DNA of 63,047 nt, counting the filler, from Dugesia japonica (taxonomy: Eukaryota): assembly GCA_001938525.1 (NCBI GenBank). It is 6 parts of 6 records of this genome, joined end to end, with 100 filler letters (N's around TTAATTAATTAA, not from the genome) between each part and the next. Parts side by side here need not be neighbours in the genome. Positions count along the whole stretch, not along the records: positions 10,753 to 25,337 come from MQRL01624750.1; 5 more parts are not named here. One strand, 5' to 3'. Shown in pieces: positions 12,616 through 25,437 of the stretch. Numbering within the stretch: position 1 is the first letter of the stretch; each line of letters begins with the position of its first letter. The notes beneath the pieces are model-generated. The model was given only the letters and a program-made list of their open reading frames with translations, ran no database searches and was not told the origin of the DNA. A program made the position numbers and the translations under genes.

Positions 12616-13896
12616 TCAGGTTGTTAAGAAAGTAATGTCCGTTTTTGACAATAAAAATTTCAAATTGAAATAACTCGAAGACAACTAAACTTTATTAAAT
12701 TATTTTAATTATTATTTTATTATTGAGTTTGATATATTTTAAATGTCTTATTTTTTACATTTTATTCAAAGAAGGTTATGGTAAGCATTTGGTAGTATTC
12801 TGGAGACATAAAGGGCTGTACTAATATCATGTTTGTTTTAATATTTCTGAAAATTCCTTCATTTCAAAAGAAGATTTCAAATATGGAAAAAATCAATTGC
12901 ATGCCATTTATTTTTACAAGTACAAACTGGGCCACAAAGCTGCAGAAATAAATTGAAATGTCAATTGAACATTCAGCTAGAGGAGGAGAATGTAGTTTCA
13001 ACATTTTAGAGATATGAATAAGAACCTGAAAGATGTAGAAAGTCACGGACGTCCAGCTTTAATAGACAATGGAAACTTAAATGAATTGGTAAAGGCAGAT
13101 GTAACAATTTTTTAATCATCTCAAACAACTGGGTAAGGTAAAAAAAGCTTGATAAATAGGTATCATATGACTTAAGTAAAAAACAAAAATTTCGGCGTTT
13201 TTGAAATCTGTTCGTCACTTTTTTCTGGAATATTTACTACCCTTTCATCGATAGGATAGCAATATGCGATGAAAATAGGTATCACATGATAACCGCAAGC
13301 GTTCCGCACAGTGATTGGATAATGACATAGCTACACAACAATTATCCAAAAATCCAACTTCATTCAAAGAAAGTAAAGGTAAGTGTTTGGTGTTATTTTA
13401 TCCATTATTATTCATTATAACTTTCTATCTCCCTGTGAAACTATTAGAGCGACTAAATACGGTAAAATATTGACAGGATGCATATAAAGTAACAACTTTT
13501 TCATTCAGCTTTGGTCAAAAGAAAACATTAAACTTTCACATGACAATGCTCTGTCACATACTGCACAAATGACCATACAACGGTACGAAATTTTGTGTGA
13601 TTCTCCGTACTCACTGGACCCCTCCACTACTGACCATTACTTTTTAAAAACCTTGCAGTTTTCTTGGATGGAAAAATCTTAAATAACCAAGGTTCTGCTA
13701 AAAATGCCTTCCGTGTCTTTATTGAATTCAGAACAGAAGATTTCTTTACAACTGGGATGAAAAAGCTTGTTTCACGTTAGTAAGCATGTGTTAATTGTGA
13801 TTATTGCTATTTTAATTAATTAAGTTTAGTTGTCTTTGAGTTATTTAAGTTTAAAATATAAAGTCAAAAAGGGACATTATTTTCTTAACAAGCTAA
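12616..13896 (+). mobile_element. Full-length (1281 bp) mariner transposon with decayed transposase
   Basis: About 30-bp TIRs flanked by TA at 12614-15 and 13897-98. Remnant motifs resemble WVPH, CDEKW, HDNA and YSPDL. Confidence 0.92.
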
Positions 13897-14410
13897 TAAA
13901 GTTTAGCTACACATTAATTCTAAAAACAAATAAAATCATAAATGAATTGTCGGTTTTGATTTCTTCTCACAATTAAAATTAATTATTTTTCACTAGTTAA
14001 TTTATTTTAAGATACAGAACTAATTTCAACAAAGGAACTAATTTGAACTTCGGAATTATTTCAAACAAAGGAATTTTTCAGTACTGGAATTTTTACGATA
14101 AATTATTATGAATGATTATTTTAATTTCAATTAAATTGTTTTCATTATTATTGTTGGGGTTCCGTCTAAGTTGGTTGTTTTGTTTTATGACTGTGGGATC
14201 AGTCACCCTGCAGAACTCCACTAAGAATAAAATTTAGCATTCCTGAGCTAAATTTTCAGAATAAAACATGTGACTCACAACCCCTAGTTGAAATAATTGT
14301 CCGCATTCCTTTACTTTGCGGTCACAATTCCCCTTATTTTTAACTCTTTAAGAGACAATACAATAAAAATTATATTGATAAAACATTTATTTATACATCA
14401 GAATTCCTAT

Positions 14411-14745
14411 CTATGAATATGCCGAAGGATCCTTACTACAGTTGAAGGCGGCTTCATAATCTTGGTCATTCCACTGGTTGATTGCCAGAGTGCCACGCCT
14501 GGCGGCCAGATCTGTAATATACTGGGCCAGGAACGCGACCTTGCGGAACAATCTGTTTGCAGTAGCGTTGACAATCAATAATTGTTTCTTATAGACGGTC
14601 TCGAATTGCTTAATAATTTTATTTTTTCGTTCGATATGGCGTAGTAGCATACTTTCTCGTTGATTATAGTAACTTCGCTACAATAAAAGGCCACGAAACA
14701 ATTGATGGCATCTGATGAGACTATGCGGTAACTGGTCTGCTAGCA
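14411..14745 (-). pseudogene. Cassette ORF1 (copy A), unknown basic/helical protein
   Basis: ttttag|TG-LADQLPHSLIRCH...LLRHIERKNKII...QYITDL...W.DQDYEAAFN, with one internal stop. Homologous to 41942-42261. Confidence 0.8.
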
Positions 14746-14864
14746 CTAAAACTAGGGATATTAGAAAATAGTTACATTCAGAGGTATGATTTCATCTTAA
14801 AGGAAGAATTAAATTGTCAATAAAAGTCAAATAACGATTTATTTACACCAGTAACTACAAGTTT

Positions 14865-15178
14865 AGTGTCGTGTATGTGTCGATTTATCTATAAAAAGAG
14901 GTTCAAGAGGTATTCGTGCTAACTGATTCTCCCGCTTTTATAACTGTAGAAAAATTGCCAGGTTGAATTTTACAGAGCGCACCTAAAAGTGTGAGAGTAG
15001 AGTTTCCTCCCGGAACTAGCGACATCACTTTTTATATTTTATTTTTGGCCTTTTCGGTGGCAATTTGGGCTTCCCAGTTTCGTTTGGATAGCCAATACAG
15101 CTTCCAAGACATCTCTTGGTCATCGCTGTTGTCATTTTGTCGTTTGCGTGCAGATGTAATAAGGATAATAATATTTGA
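14865..15178 (-). pseudogene. Cassette ORF2 (copy A)
   Basis: EMSWKLYWLSKRNWEAQIA matches MSWDLYRLAKRKWEADTA of 58412-58754. Confidence 0.7.
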
Positions 15179-15202
15179 CTAAACACATAACATAAATGTC
15201 AA

Positions 15203-15367
15203 CTAATTAATTCTCAGCACCAGTGGATGTTTATCAAAATCCTCTACAAATGAAGGGCTGGGAAAAGCTGGGGGTTCTATGTAGGTTACCATTTGCATGA
15301 CCCAGTACCAATAATTATAACGCTCGAGGCTGTCCTCACAGAGGCGATGAATTCTATATCGAAGCAT
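15203..15367 (-). CDS. Cassette ORF (54 aa), likely an ORF4 paralog occupying the ORF3 slot
   Basis: MLRYRIHRLCEDSLERYNYWYWVMQMVTYIEPPAFPSPSFVEDFDKHPLVLRIN, with acceptor ttattttag ending at 15383. Confidence 0.6.
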   Translation of the reverse strand: MLRYRIHRLCEDSLERYNYWYWVMQMVTYIEPPAFPSPSFVEDFDKHPLVLRIN

Positions 15368-15458
15368 TCTAATAAAGTTAATCTAAAATAAATAAACTAA
15401 GCGACACATGGTTTAACATAACATGTTTATTATTGAGACATTAAAACAAAAAACTTAC

Positions 15459-15644
15459 TTAGTCATGACTTGGCGGCAATTCAAAGGTAAACATCTTGGT
15501 GAGACATGCTTGATCTGTCTCGCCTGGATATTCTACCTCGTTGGGGTATAATATATGGTTCACCAGCTGGTATAACCGTGCTAGTTCTCGCTCGTGTCGG
15601 ATGATATGAAAGATTAAGTGAAATGTTTCTAAAAGAAAATTCAT
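15459..15644 (-). CDS. Cassette ORF4 (copy A)
   Basis: RLYQLVNHIL...VEYPGETDQACLTKMF matches the HPDETDLxCF motif of the other copies. Confidence 0.75.
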   Translation of the reverse strand: MNFLLETFHLIFHIIRHERELARLYQLVNHILYPNEVEYPGETDQACLTKMFTFELPPSHD

Positions 15645-16176
15645 TAAAATACGTTATTTTAATAAAATGGGGGGAATAGTGATTTTATTATCATAAACCC
15701 GAGTTTATAATATTAAGAGTAGTCACGCTACCGAGGGGAAAAATTGTAATCCTGAGGACAATAGCAATAATAACCAAATGCATCAACAGAACAAATAATG
15801 TTAGATAAGCTTATCAAATAGTCCAGTAGATAATAATGGATGCAAATTAAGGTTGATGTGGCATCTCCCGACCATGATATTAATAAGGCATGATTTTAGC
15901 ACTAAAAATGATTATAGCATCACAAAAATTATCAGTAGCAGAAACCATAATAATAACGTCACTAATAATAACATCGATGAGGTCGATAATTAATTAATAA
16001 TAATAGTCAAGATAATAATATTCCTACCAATAATAGCAATAATAATAAGAATAATAATAACAATATTACTAATAAATAACAGGCATGACAATAGCAANNN
16101 NNNNNNNNNNNNNNNNNNNNNNNNNNNNNNNNNNNNNNNNNNNNNNNNNNNNNNNNNNNNNNNNNNNNNNNNNNNN

Positions 16177-16239
<63 letters not shown>
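16177..16239. repeat. (AAT)n microsatellite
   Basis: Perfect AAT run next to an N gap. Confidence 0.95.
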
Positions 16240-16240
<1 letters not shown>

Positions 16241-18185
16241 GAAATAACATAATAACAATTATAATAATAATGGTAATCATAGTAATCCTAGAAAGAATAT
16301 TTTAATTGGTATAGATTAAAGTAAGAATGAATTTTAACCACTTGGATTAATTCCACTTTTAGTCATTAGTCAATCGATTAGGTCGATTTTAGTGATTTAA
16401 ATATGTTAATAGATAAAGAAAATTGCTACAATTCCCGCATTTACCATCATTTACTTGACTAACACTCGTTTTAAGAAATTATAGCGTAACAATAAATGTT
16501 CTAACCTCAAAAATAAATATTTGAATAGAATTTTTCAACTTAGGGAATTTGTTAACTAATGTGAGTTAATATTTATAGAGCGCCAATAGTTAACCTCTTT
16601 TAATTAATTAACCATTATTCTTAAAAATCTAAGTTTGCAGTCACACATCTGTTTATCTTTCATAGTCACTCGTTTACTAACTGCAACTTTCTGTTGCAAA
16701 CTGTATGTAATACTGTTCTTTGCCAATGAGTGAACGTGTGAGTTCATATTATACCACATGGTCATCTTTTCAATACCTGCCGTTAGTTTCACTTCCCCAA
16801 TATAGAGTTAAAAGGGAAAACAATAGTCGACATTAGTGGTATTATCCACAATTGCGGCAGGATTATTAGTAAAATTAACCAATTTGGTGTATTGATAATC
16901 GTAATCCATCGTGATGATCATATGAAAATAATAATGGTGATAATAGAAATTTTTTTAGTTTCAAGGGAGCATTATATTGTCTTTATACGAATATGATTGT
17001 TATAAAAGTCGTTTCTACATTCAGATATTAATAAAATAAAAATTACTTTGTAGAAATAAAATTTAACAAAATTATTATAAAATAAATACAAAAGTAAAAG
17101 TAAATTATCGTGTAAGATTAAGAATTAATAAAAAGTATCTGCTATATTTATAACTGTAGTTCTATACATTTTTCATTACTCGAGTCCTGTCTATGGTCTA
17201 CAACTTCGTGAGCTTAATGGTAGTGTTATAATATGATGCATTAATTACCTTGTTGCAACTATCATTATTATTGGTATTAAATTTGAAAGTAATGTACGAT
17301 GGATAATCGATAGACGACTCCCTTAGTTGGCCGCAAATCATTAATGATGTAGATCGATTAAACAATCAAGTCTTTAGCTCTTAATTCCTTATTATTATTC
17401 TTATCATTTTTATTATCGTGTATTAGTACTAATGTCGAATTCTAGTTATACTAATTATGTCCCTTTTATGCTAACAGTATTGTCATCATTATCCTTACTT
17501 CTATACCAATTAATTATACATAGTTATCACCATTAATTATTATCACCAGTACTTATCGTTAAACCTTATCGTCATTAATTCTCATCATTAACTATTCATT
17601 TTTTACTATCATCAATTATTATTTTGATAGTTGTCATCATTATTATTATTATTATTATCGTGATCATAATTATCATTGTTAAATGAATTTGAAGTACTCA
17701 TCGGATAATTAATATCAAAACTCGTTCCCATAAAAGATTTATTCACAAAACAAAACAATATCCATCACTATTTGTTTATTCAAACGAATTAAAATTCTAT
17801 GCTTTAATTGGAAATCATTTTTCAATAAATTAATATTTTAGATAAAAATTTTACTTCTTTATTAAATTTTCATTTAAAATATCTCCAAAATTTTAAATAA
17901 AATAATCGTTTGTTATTAAACTTTCATTTAAAATATTTCCGAAATTTTAAATAAAATTGTCCTTTCTAAACATCTACAATAAATTGTGTATACAAATATT
18001 TAAATTAATCCCTAAACTATTCCTAAATTTTGTACAAAAAATTTAATTTAATTTACTTTAATTTCTTATTTAATTTCTGTCTTACAACTTTTAAAAAAAA
18101 GATTTTAAGAAAATTATTTCCAACCAAAGCACAAAAATTTCAACTCACTTTTCAAAATCATCATTACTATTATTATTATTACTAT

Positions 18186-20540
18186 TGTTGGGATTCCATC
18201 TAAGCAGCTCAATTTTAATTAATAACTAGAGTAAAATGACCTAACAAAACCCCGCAAAGAATTTTATCTAGGATCCCAAATCTAGATTTTCGAAATAGAG
18301 CTAGTGACTCACAACCCGTAGTTTGAGTGCTTGCTCGTATTCTTTTGATTTGGGCCCTTCTAGCCATGAAACTCGGTTCTTTGCTTCCATCTTTATGATT
18401 ACCACTTTAGTAATATCAGTAATACCGTTGTCATAGTAGTAAATTAGTAATTTTAGTCCTATTTCTAACTATAGTTATAAATTATCCCAACAAATAAAAT
18501 CTACGCGATAAGAGTTAAAAGGTTTATTAAGATTCGTCTACAATACGAACTACATTAAGCAAAGCAACAACATTCAATCATACCAGTTCATCATACTGTT
18601 CATCATAACATGGCATAACAAGTATTTGTAAAGCACTACACGTTAATTATTTGAGTTATGGTTTTCTAGTTTTGGTTTATGGAATCTTCGTAATTTTTGC
18701 CATCATAATTTTCTTGTTTGACAATTTTCTGACGATGTAACGCCTTCGTTTTCTTCTGTTTTAACTTTCTCATAAAAATAATTACGATTTTCTAATAAAT
18801 CATTTTTATAATAAATAAATCATTTTTTATGATTTATTTTATTTTTTAATAAATTAATTATTTATTTTTTTTCTTAATTAATTTATTGATCAGATTCTTA
18901 TTTTCCATTCTAATCTAAATATTAAAATAATTTTAGCTTTTTTTCTCGCATCTAATTCATTTGATTTATTTCTCTGATGTTAATTATTAATTTAATTTAG
19001 CATATTTTATTCTTGTTAATAAATTACTTACAACTTCTTTGTATCCTCGTTCTGTTGTTTCCTTCATTCATTATCTGTTTTTCTGTTCTTATTTTCATTG
19101 TGCCTGGTTGATAATTTGAGTGTCTCTTTCTATTCTTGCTCTCTCCACCCCGTTTAATGATAGTTGTTCACCGTTGGTTTCACCTTGTATTCAGATAGTT
19201 CTTCAATTTCATCTTTGTCGTTATTATTATATTCTTGGGGTTACATCTTCTTTCCATTTCTGGGTCTACTCATATCTTTACTTTTAACTGTTCATTTTGA
19301 GGTGTTTTGTACCAATACTATTATTACAGTTCCTGTAACAAAATCAAAAGTTATTACGGATGATTATTTATTACTAATTAGTCACCCCTTGATGGTTTTT
19401 ACTATCAATAATCATTATTATAGATTATTATTAATCAATATCGTTATTAAAATTTACTAAAATTTTTAATTAATCATTTTAACTATTAGTTAATATTATT
19501 AACAAATTAACATTATCTGAATATTTAATCCAAAAACATAATTATTACTAATTTTTAAAATTACTATTAAAAAAAAGAAGTCATTTAATGAAAATTATAT
19601 TATTAATGGTTATCAAAATTTATCGATTACAGTATAATTTACAATTTAAGTAAACTAATCAAAACTAAAGTGAGCGGTATATCAATCTAAAACAAGCACC
19701 GAGTGTGATTAAAATCACCTTGGCAACCCAAATTAATTAATCTACCTTACCCTGATTACACACTAGCGTAGTCTAGGTTTCTCTTCGATTCAACGGCACA
19801 CTTACACGGTATATATGCTATCTATTACACGCACCTTCACATAATTTTTTACTTTATTATATTCCTCGAGCCCTCTATATCACATCCATTTTGGATCGAA
19901 AACAGTTTCAATAATTCTTTAATAAATCACCTTTTGCTCTTTAGTATCAATTTAAAAGTGAATTTATTTAATTGAAGTTTTTGCAAAGTTACAGCGGTAT
20001 GTATATAGGTTTTCTAATACTCCATCATTCTTCTTATTGGTTAATTGGTATCATTGGATTTTTCTAAAATTCTCATTTGCTGAATTATTCAAGACTTGTT
20101 ATATTGATCAAGACATCCAATCAATGTTTTGGAATTCGAAAACCCCTGTAACTTCCCTCTAAGTTGAGTCATGATTTCCTAGCTTGGCGTTTTGAAATCT
20201 ATGATGCTTTCGTGACCAAAGTTTTCTTATTCACTGCTTTTTCCTTATTGGGAAGTCTTCGTTTTCTTCTATTTTTGTTTTTCTTGTAAAATTAATTAAT
20301 TAGTTAAAATAAATCATTTTAAGTTGCATGATTTATTTAATATAACAAATTAATTGTTTATTTTTATTTTCATCTCAAATAATTTATTAATTAGAGTGCC
20401 ATTTTTTATTTCCAAGCTAAAATTTAATTTAATTTACACGTTTCTTTTCATAAAAAAACAATTTCATTTATTTCTTCTATCTTTAATAATTAATTTCATT
20501 CAATTTTCCATATTCTTCTTAATAAATTATTTGTTCTAAT
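18186..20540 (-). mobile_element. Giant LTR-like element, copy E (internally deleted or rearranged)
   Basis: Starts TGTTGGGATTCCATCTAAGC with the hairpin region. 19640-20080 is homologous to 48530-49020 (ORF5 family). Confidence 0.6.
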
Positions 20541-20554
20541 TATTAGTTGCTGTT

Positions 20555-20564
20555 TATTATTATA

Positions 20565-20624
<60 letters not shown>

Positions 20625-20674
20625 NNNNNNNNNNNNNNNNNNNNNNNNNNNNNNNNNNNNNNNNNNNNNNNNNN

Positions 20675-20736
<62 letters not shown>
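20555..20736. repeat. (ATT)n microsatellite
   Basis: Long TAT run spanning an N gap. Confidence 0.95.
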
Positions 20737-20743
<7 letters not shown>

Positions 20744-20761
20744 ACTTAATTATTGATTACT

Positions 20762-23700
20762 AGTAGATGGATACTAGAGCACTGGATCACCCCTCCCCCA
20801 CCGATGACGTGATCTAGTGATTTGAGTGATCCAGCAATGAAGCATTTTAATTGGTCGTTACGATGACATACAAATATTTTTCGAATTCGGGTAGGAACGG
20901 TCGAAAATTTAAATTTTCGGTTCAAAGTTTTCGGTCAATTTTTATCGTATAATTTCAGGTTTGGTATTGATGATCTAGGAATTAAAAACTGAACATTTTT
21001 TGTATATGATTTCCTATATGAATATGCTTGGTTATCTGGAAAAGGTACTAGCGCACTGAATCAGTCGACCTTGATTTTTTCTCGTTAAAAACTTGTTGTA
21101 TGATCATGAAAATAACAGTTGCCGATTCAGAATAAAATTCTAAACATTTTATAGATAGGTTTTGGTGTATAAATATGCTTGGTTCAAAAAATAGAAAATT
21201 GGCAGTTTGATGACCCACCGAGGATGAAAAATTGAACTTTAGAAATACTAATGATAATCAAACAAATTTGATATGAATCTTCTTAGAATTTAAAGGTGAA
21301 CATTTCTATATAAGGGTTGTTATATGAATATGCTTGGTTCTCTGGGAAAAGATACTAGCGCACTGGATCAGTCGACTTTAATCTACAAATTTCTCAGTGA
21401 AAACCTATCGTATGGTCATGAAAATGATATAATTCGATTTAAAATATAATTTTGAACATATTTCGTGTAGAGTTTCCTCTAGAAATATTCTTAGTTGAAT
21501 AGATAAAAAATTACCGGTTACTATGTCCCACCTTAGGAAATTATCTTTTCTGGAAAATACTTAGGATAGTCAAATAAATTTGGTATTTTTAAACTTAGAA
21601 TAAAAAACTGAACATATTTCCCATAGGCTTTGTTGTACAAATATGCATGGTTCTCAAAATAGTATATAATTATATAATTAATTATAAATTATAATTATAA
21701 TTGTTAGGTAATTTTAAAAATTTGCAAATATTTTAAAAATTTAATGCAATGTTATTAGTTTAAATTTTTTAANNNNNNNNNNNNNNNNNNNNNNNNNNNN
21801 NNNNNNNNNNNNNNNNNNNNNNNNNNNNNNNNNNNNNNNNNNNNNNNNNNNNNAAAATAATATATTTTTAATAAATTTATTATTTATTCAAAAATATAAA
21901 TTGGGAAAGGCAAGTTTTGAAAGAAGCGCTCAAAAAGCAAGAAGAATTTCAAAGAATAATTTATTGTAATTGAAATAAAGTATTGAATTAAAAGTCTTGT
22001 TTTAGTTGATTTAAATGAAGAAGAAAACAAATAAAACTAACAATAATTAAATTAATAATATTTTTTAAAATTATTTTCATTCCATTAAACTCAGAATAAA
22101 AACATGAACATATTTCACGCAGAGTTTGTTGTACAAATATGCATGGTCCTCAAAATAATATATAATTATATAATTAATTATAAATTATAATTAAAATAAT
22201 AATAATTTTCAAAATATTTTTAGACCATTAAACTCAGAATAAAAACTGAACATTTTGTATATAGGGTTTGCTGTATAAAAATGCTTCCTTCTAATAATTT
22301 TATTTCATGTGTTAATTTTTGTTAATTCATTTTCATTAAATTTCAAAATTTTCATTTTATTTTAAATTCATGATTTTTCTAGTAAATGTCAAATTTTAAT
22401 AATTTTTTTAATATAAATTTTTAAAAATAAGCCTTAACATTTTTACAAACTAATTACATTGAAAAACTAAAAATAATAATAAAATTACATTGATAAAAAA
22501 TAAACTATTAAAATATTGCTATTAGTAACACCAGCAAAATTAAAATTTTCAAAATTTATAAAATTTACAATATAAATCTATTGCCAACAAAACAAACATA
22601 CAAATTTAAACCACAGGACTTATTAATCACACATAACTTTTCAAAATAGTACATATTTTTCTTAACATAATAGACTAAAATTAGATTATTGTAATAAATG
22701 AAATAATTTACTTGAAATGACTGATTTGAGCATATACTTGGACAAAATACTATCTATGTGTGATGTTAGTTGGTGTTCATTGATTTACAATGTCCACTAC
22801 TTTACTATACCTACTGGCTTACTGTACTTATTTCCTTACTCTAACTATTTGTTTACTGTATCACATAGGATTACTATTTCACTTGAGTTTACTGCATCCA
22901 TTGGTTTAATTGTAGCACTTTGACCTTACTGTGTCACATTTGCTTACTCTTTTTATTGATTTACTGAAACTCATAGGTTTTACTGTATCAGATCGTTTTT
23001 CTGTACCTGTTTGCATACTCTGTCCACTTGTTTACTCTATTTACTGGCTTTCTATATCCCTTGCTAAACTCTGTAACATTTATAAATTAAGGAAATTAAT
23101 GAAAATTTAATAAATTTTAATAAAATTGGTCTATATTATTACATTGTTTTCTATGATTTTACTATAACCATTGGTCTACTGCTTAAATACAACTGCTACA
23201 CTCTACAAAACAAAGACAATAGAGTACATTTAATAAATACTATAAATCCATTAAACTTATTATATTCGATGAAATTTAGTGAAATTAATTAAATTTAATT
23301 AATTTTACTGAAATTAATGGAAATTTAATAAATCTTAATAAAATTAGTCTATATTTTAATTACGGGTCTATACATTTTAATTTAATTACTTATGGACTTA
23401 GTAAGATTTTCAGTAAATCTATATGAATTTATAAATTTCTGTTATACAAATACAATTTTGACTTGAAAAATTACAAACTAATACCTCAATGTACAATAGA
23501 TGGTTACAATTAGTAGACAGGTAATCATAATTTACCCATAAGTGGCTACAATTTACTCATAGCTTACTCAAAATGCTATCGAAATGTATAGAAAGCACAT
23601 GAATAAAGTGATAAACAATTCATTGTGTATTTTTTAAAATAATAATGGATTTAGAAAAAAGTCTTCCGTTTTTAACAGCATTGATAAAATCTCCAGCTAT

Positions 23701-25337
23701 GATGAGAATGAGAATGTTACAGTTATTTCCATCATTTTTTGGAGATGATTTACTTGAGATTATTGTGAATGTCGTTCATGGTAATGTAACGTTAAGCAAA
23801 AATAGAAGAAAAGCATTGGAAAAACATAAAAAGTCGCTATTAACAATTATAAATACAAAGAATAAAAAATTAATGAAAAAGGTTTTGTATGAACAAGGTG
23901 GTGGCTTTATAGCAGCAATACTACCAATCGCATTAACAGTATTAGGACTTGCAAATATCTCATGAATAATGAGTCTGTGTCAAACAATAAGAAGAATAAC
24001 TTGAAAAAAGAATGATCAGAAGTACAACATGTAACAGTTTATTTAAATTATATTAATTAATCAATTGTTATTATTTATACAAATCCTAGGAGAATAACAG
24101 ACTTAGGAGAAGATTTAGTATTCTAGGTATCAGAAATATACCTGTACTAGATTAAAGAAAAGGCAGAAGTTGACGACAATGTATATGTTTTATTAAATCT
24201 TAGACAATAAATCTTGTTATTTAATTTACTTTTAAGTGTTTGATCTTAACATTTATTGAAAAAGTATAAAAGTTGAATGTATTGGGGGTAACTAATGAAG
24301 TGATTGAATCGCTAAATGTATATTTTAAGTGAATTGAATAAATTTTGATAAAATAAGTAAGGGTCTATATTAACACATAGTGTAATTTGGTTCTACTATT
24401 TCACACTGGATTTACTCTTTCTATTGGTTTTACTGTATCATATTAAATATATAGGTTCAATATGTTTAAGGAATGTACTAGGTTTATTGACTGTATTGGG
24501 TTAATGAATGTATTGAGTTTAAGGATTTGTATTGGTCTAGATTGAAGATTTACAAGTTTTGTCACATTTTCCTTTATAAGTTTAAAAATTACTAAAGATT
24601 TGTTTTATATACACGAATAATAAATTTTGGAAATTTGAAAAGATTATATTTATTGCAAACAATGAATTTAAACAAAATATATTTCAAATGTTAATATAAT
24701 TAATTAAAAATTTTAATTAAAATTATTTTTAATCAGTAATAGGTATATTTCGTTTTGAAATATAACTAAATAACATTCAAGTTTTAGGTACACTATTGTT
24801 AAGAATTGATGATTTGTACCCATCAAACAAATATGTGTAAAAATTTTTATTAATCCAAATGGAAAACCTTTGACATAGTTAAATAGAGTATGAAATATTT
24901 TATCATCGTATAACAATTTATGACTTCTTTGAAATATTGAATAATTTTCACACACTACTTGGAAATTTTGAATAATTTTTCAACACTTCTCTGAAACTCT
25001 GTATATATTTTTAATACATCTCAAAAATTCTTTATAATATTTCGACACTTCATGGAAACTCTGTACCCTTTTCGAACACTGCTAAAATAATATAATATAA
25101 TCATTTAACTTTCATCATCATCAATATGCCTGGATTTCTGCGTGCACCTCTGCCTACAACTCACCTGTCCCTCTGCTTTCTCCATTCGTTCTTTCATCTA
25201 AAAATTAAAAACAAACATTTTTAGTAATTTGTAGAAATATTTCCTTCATTTCTATGTATTTATGATTAATATAATTAAGTAAGGTAATTCTCCACTTGCT
25301 TGACTAGTACTTTACATTGAAAAATATCAAGATTCAT
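20762..25337 (+). mobile_element. Polinton-derived element (left terminus, internal repeats, core-protein genes)
   Basis: Terminus AGTAGATGGATACTAGAGCACTGG, degenerate internal repeats at about 20960-22300, the ORF at 23645, and a QASGELP fragment at 25280-25337. Confidence 0.55.
23645..23965 (+). CDS. Polinton/adintovirus small core-like protein with adenain-type cleavage motif
   Basis: Basic 106-aa ORF ending QGGGFIAAILPIALTVLGLA. Its N-terminus matches the gene downstream of the ATPase at 10615. Confidence 0.8.
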   Translation: MDLEKSLPFLTALIKSPAMMRMRMLQLFPSFFGDDLLEIIVNVVHGNVTLSKNRRKALEKHKKSLLTIINTKNKKLMKKVLYEQGGGFIAAILPIALTVLGLANIS

Positions 25338-25437
25338 NNNNNNNNNNNNNNNNNNNNNNNNNNNNNNNNNNNNNNNNNNNNTTAATTAATTAANNNNNNN
25401 NNNNNNNNNNNNNNNNNNNNNNNNNNNNNNNNNNNNN

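Larger units (their letters stand above)
14152..17720 (-). mobile_element. Giant LTR-like ORF-cassette element, copy A (left end present, right boundary uncertain)
   Basis: Starts TGTTGGGGTT with the conserved hairpin region. It holds ORF1, ORF2 and ORF4 homologs, and 17270-17720 is homologous to 47680-48110 in copy F. Confidence 0.75.

Noticed and set aside
15990-16280. Poly-Leu/Tyr/Ile ORFs (also 20547-20738 and 44254-44445)
   Set aside because: Translations of (AAT)n microsatellite or low-complexity DNA.
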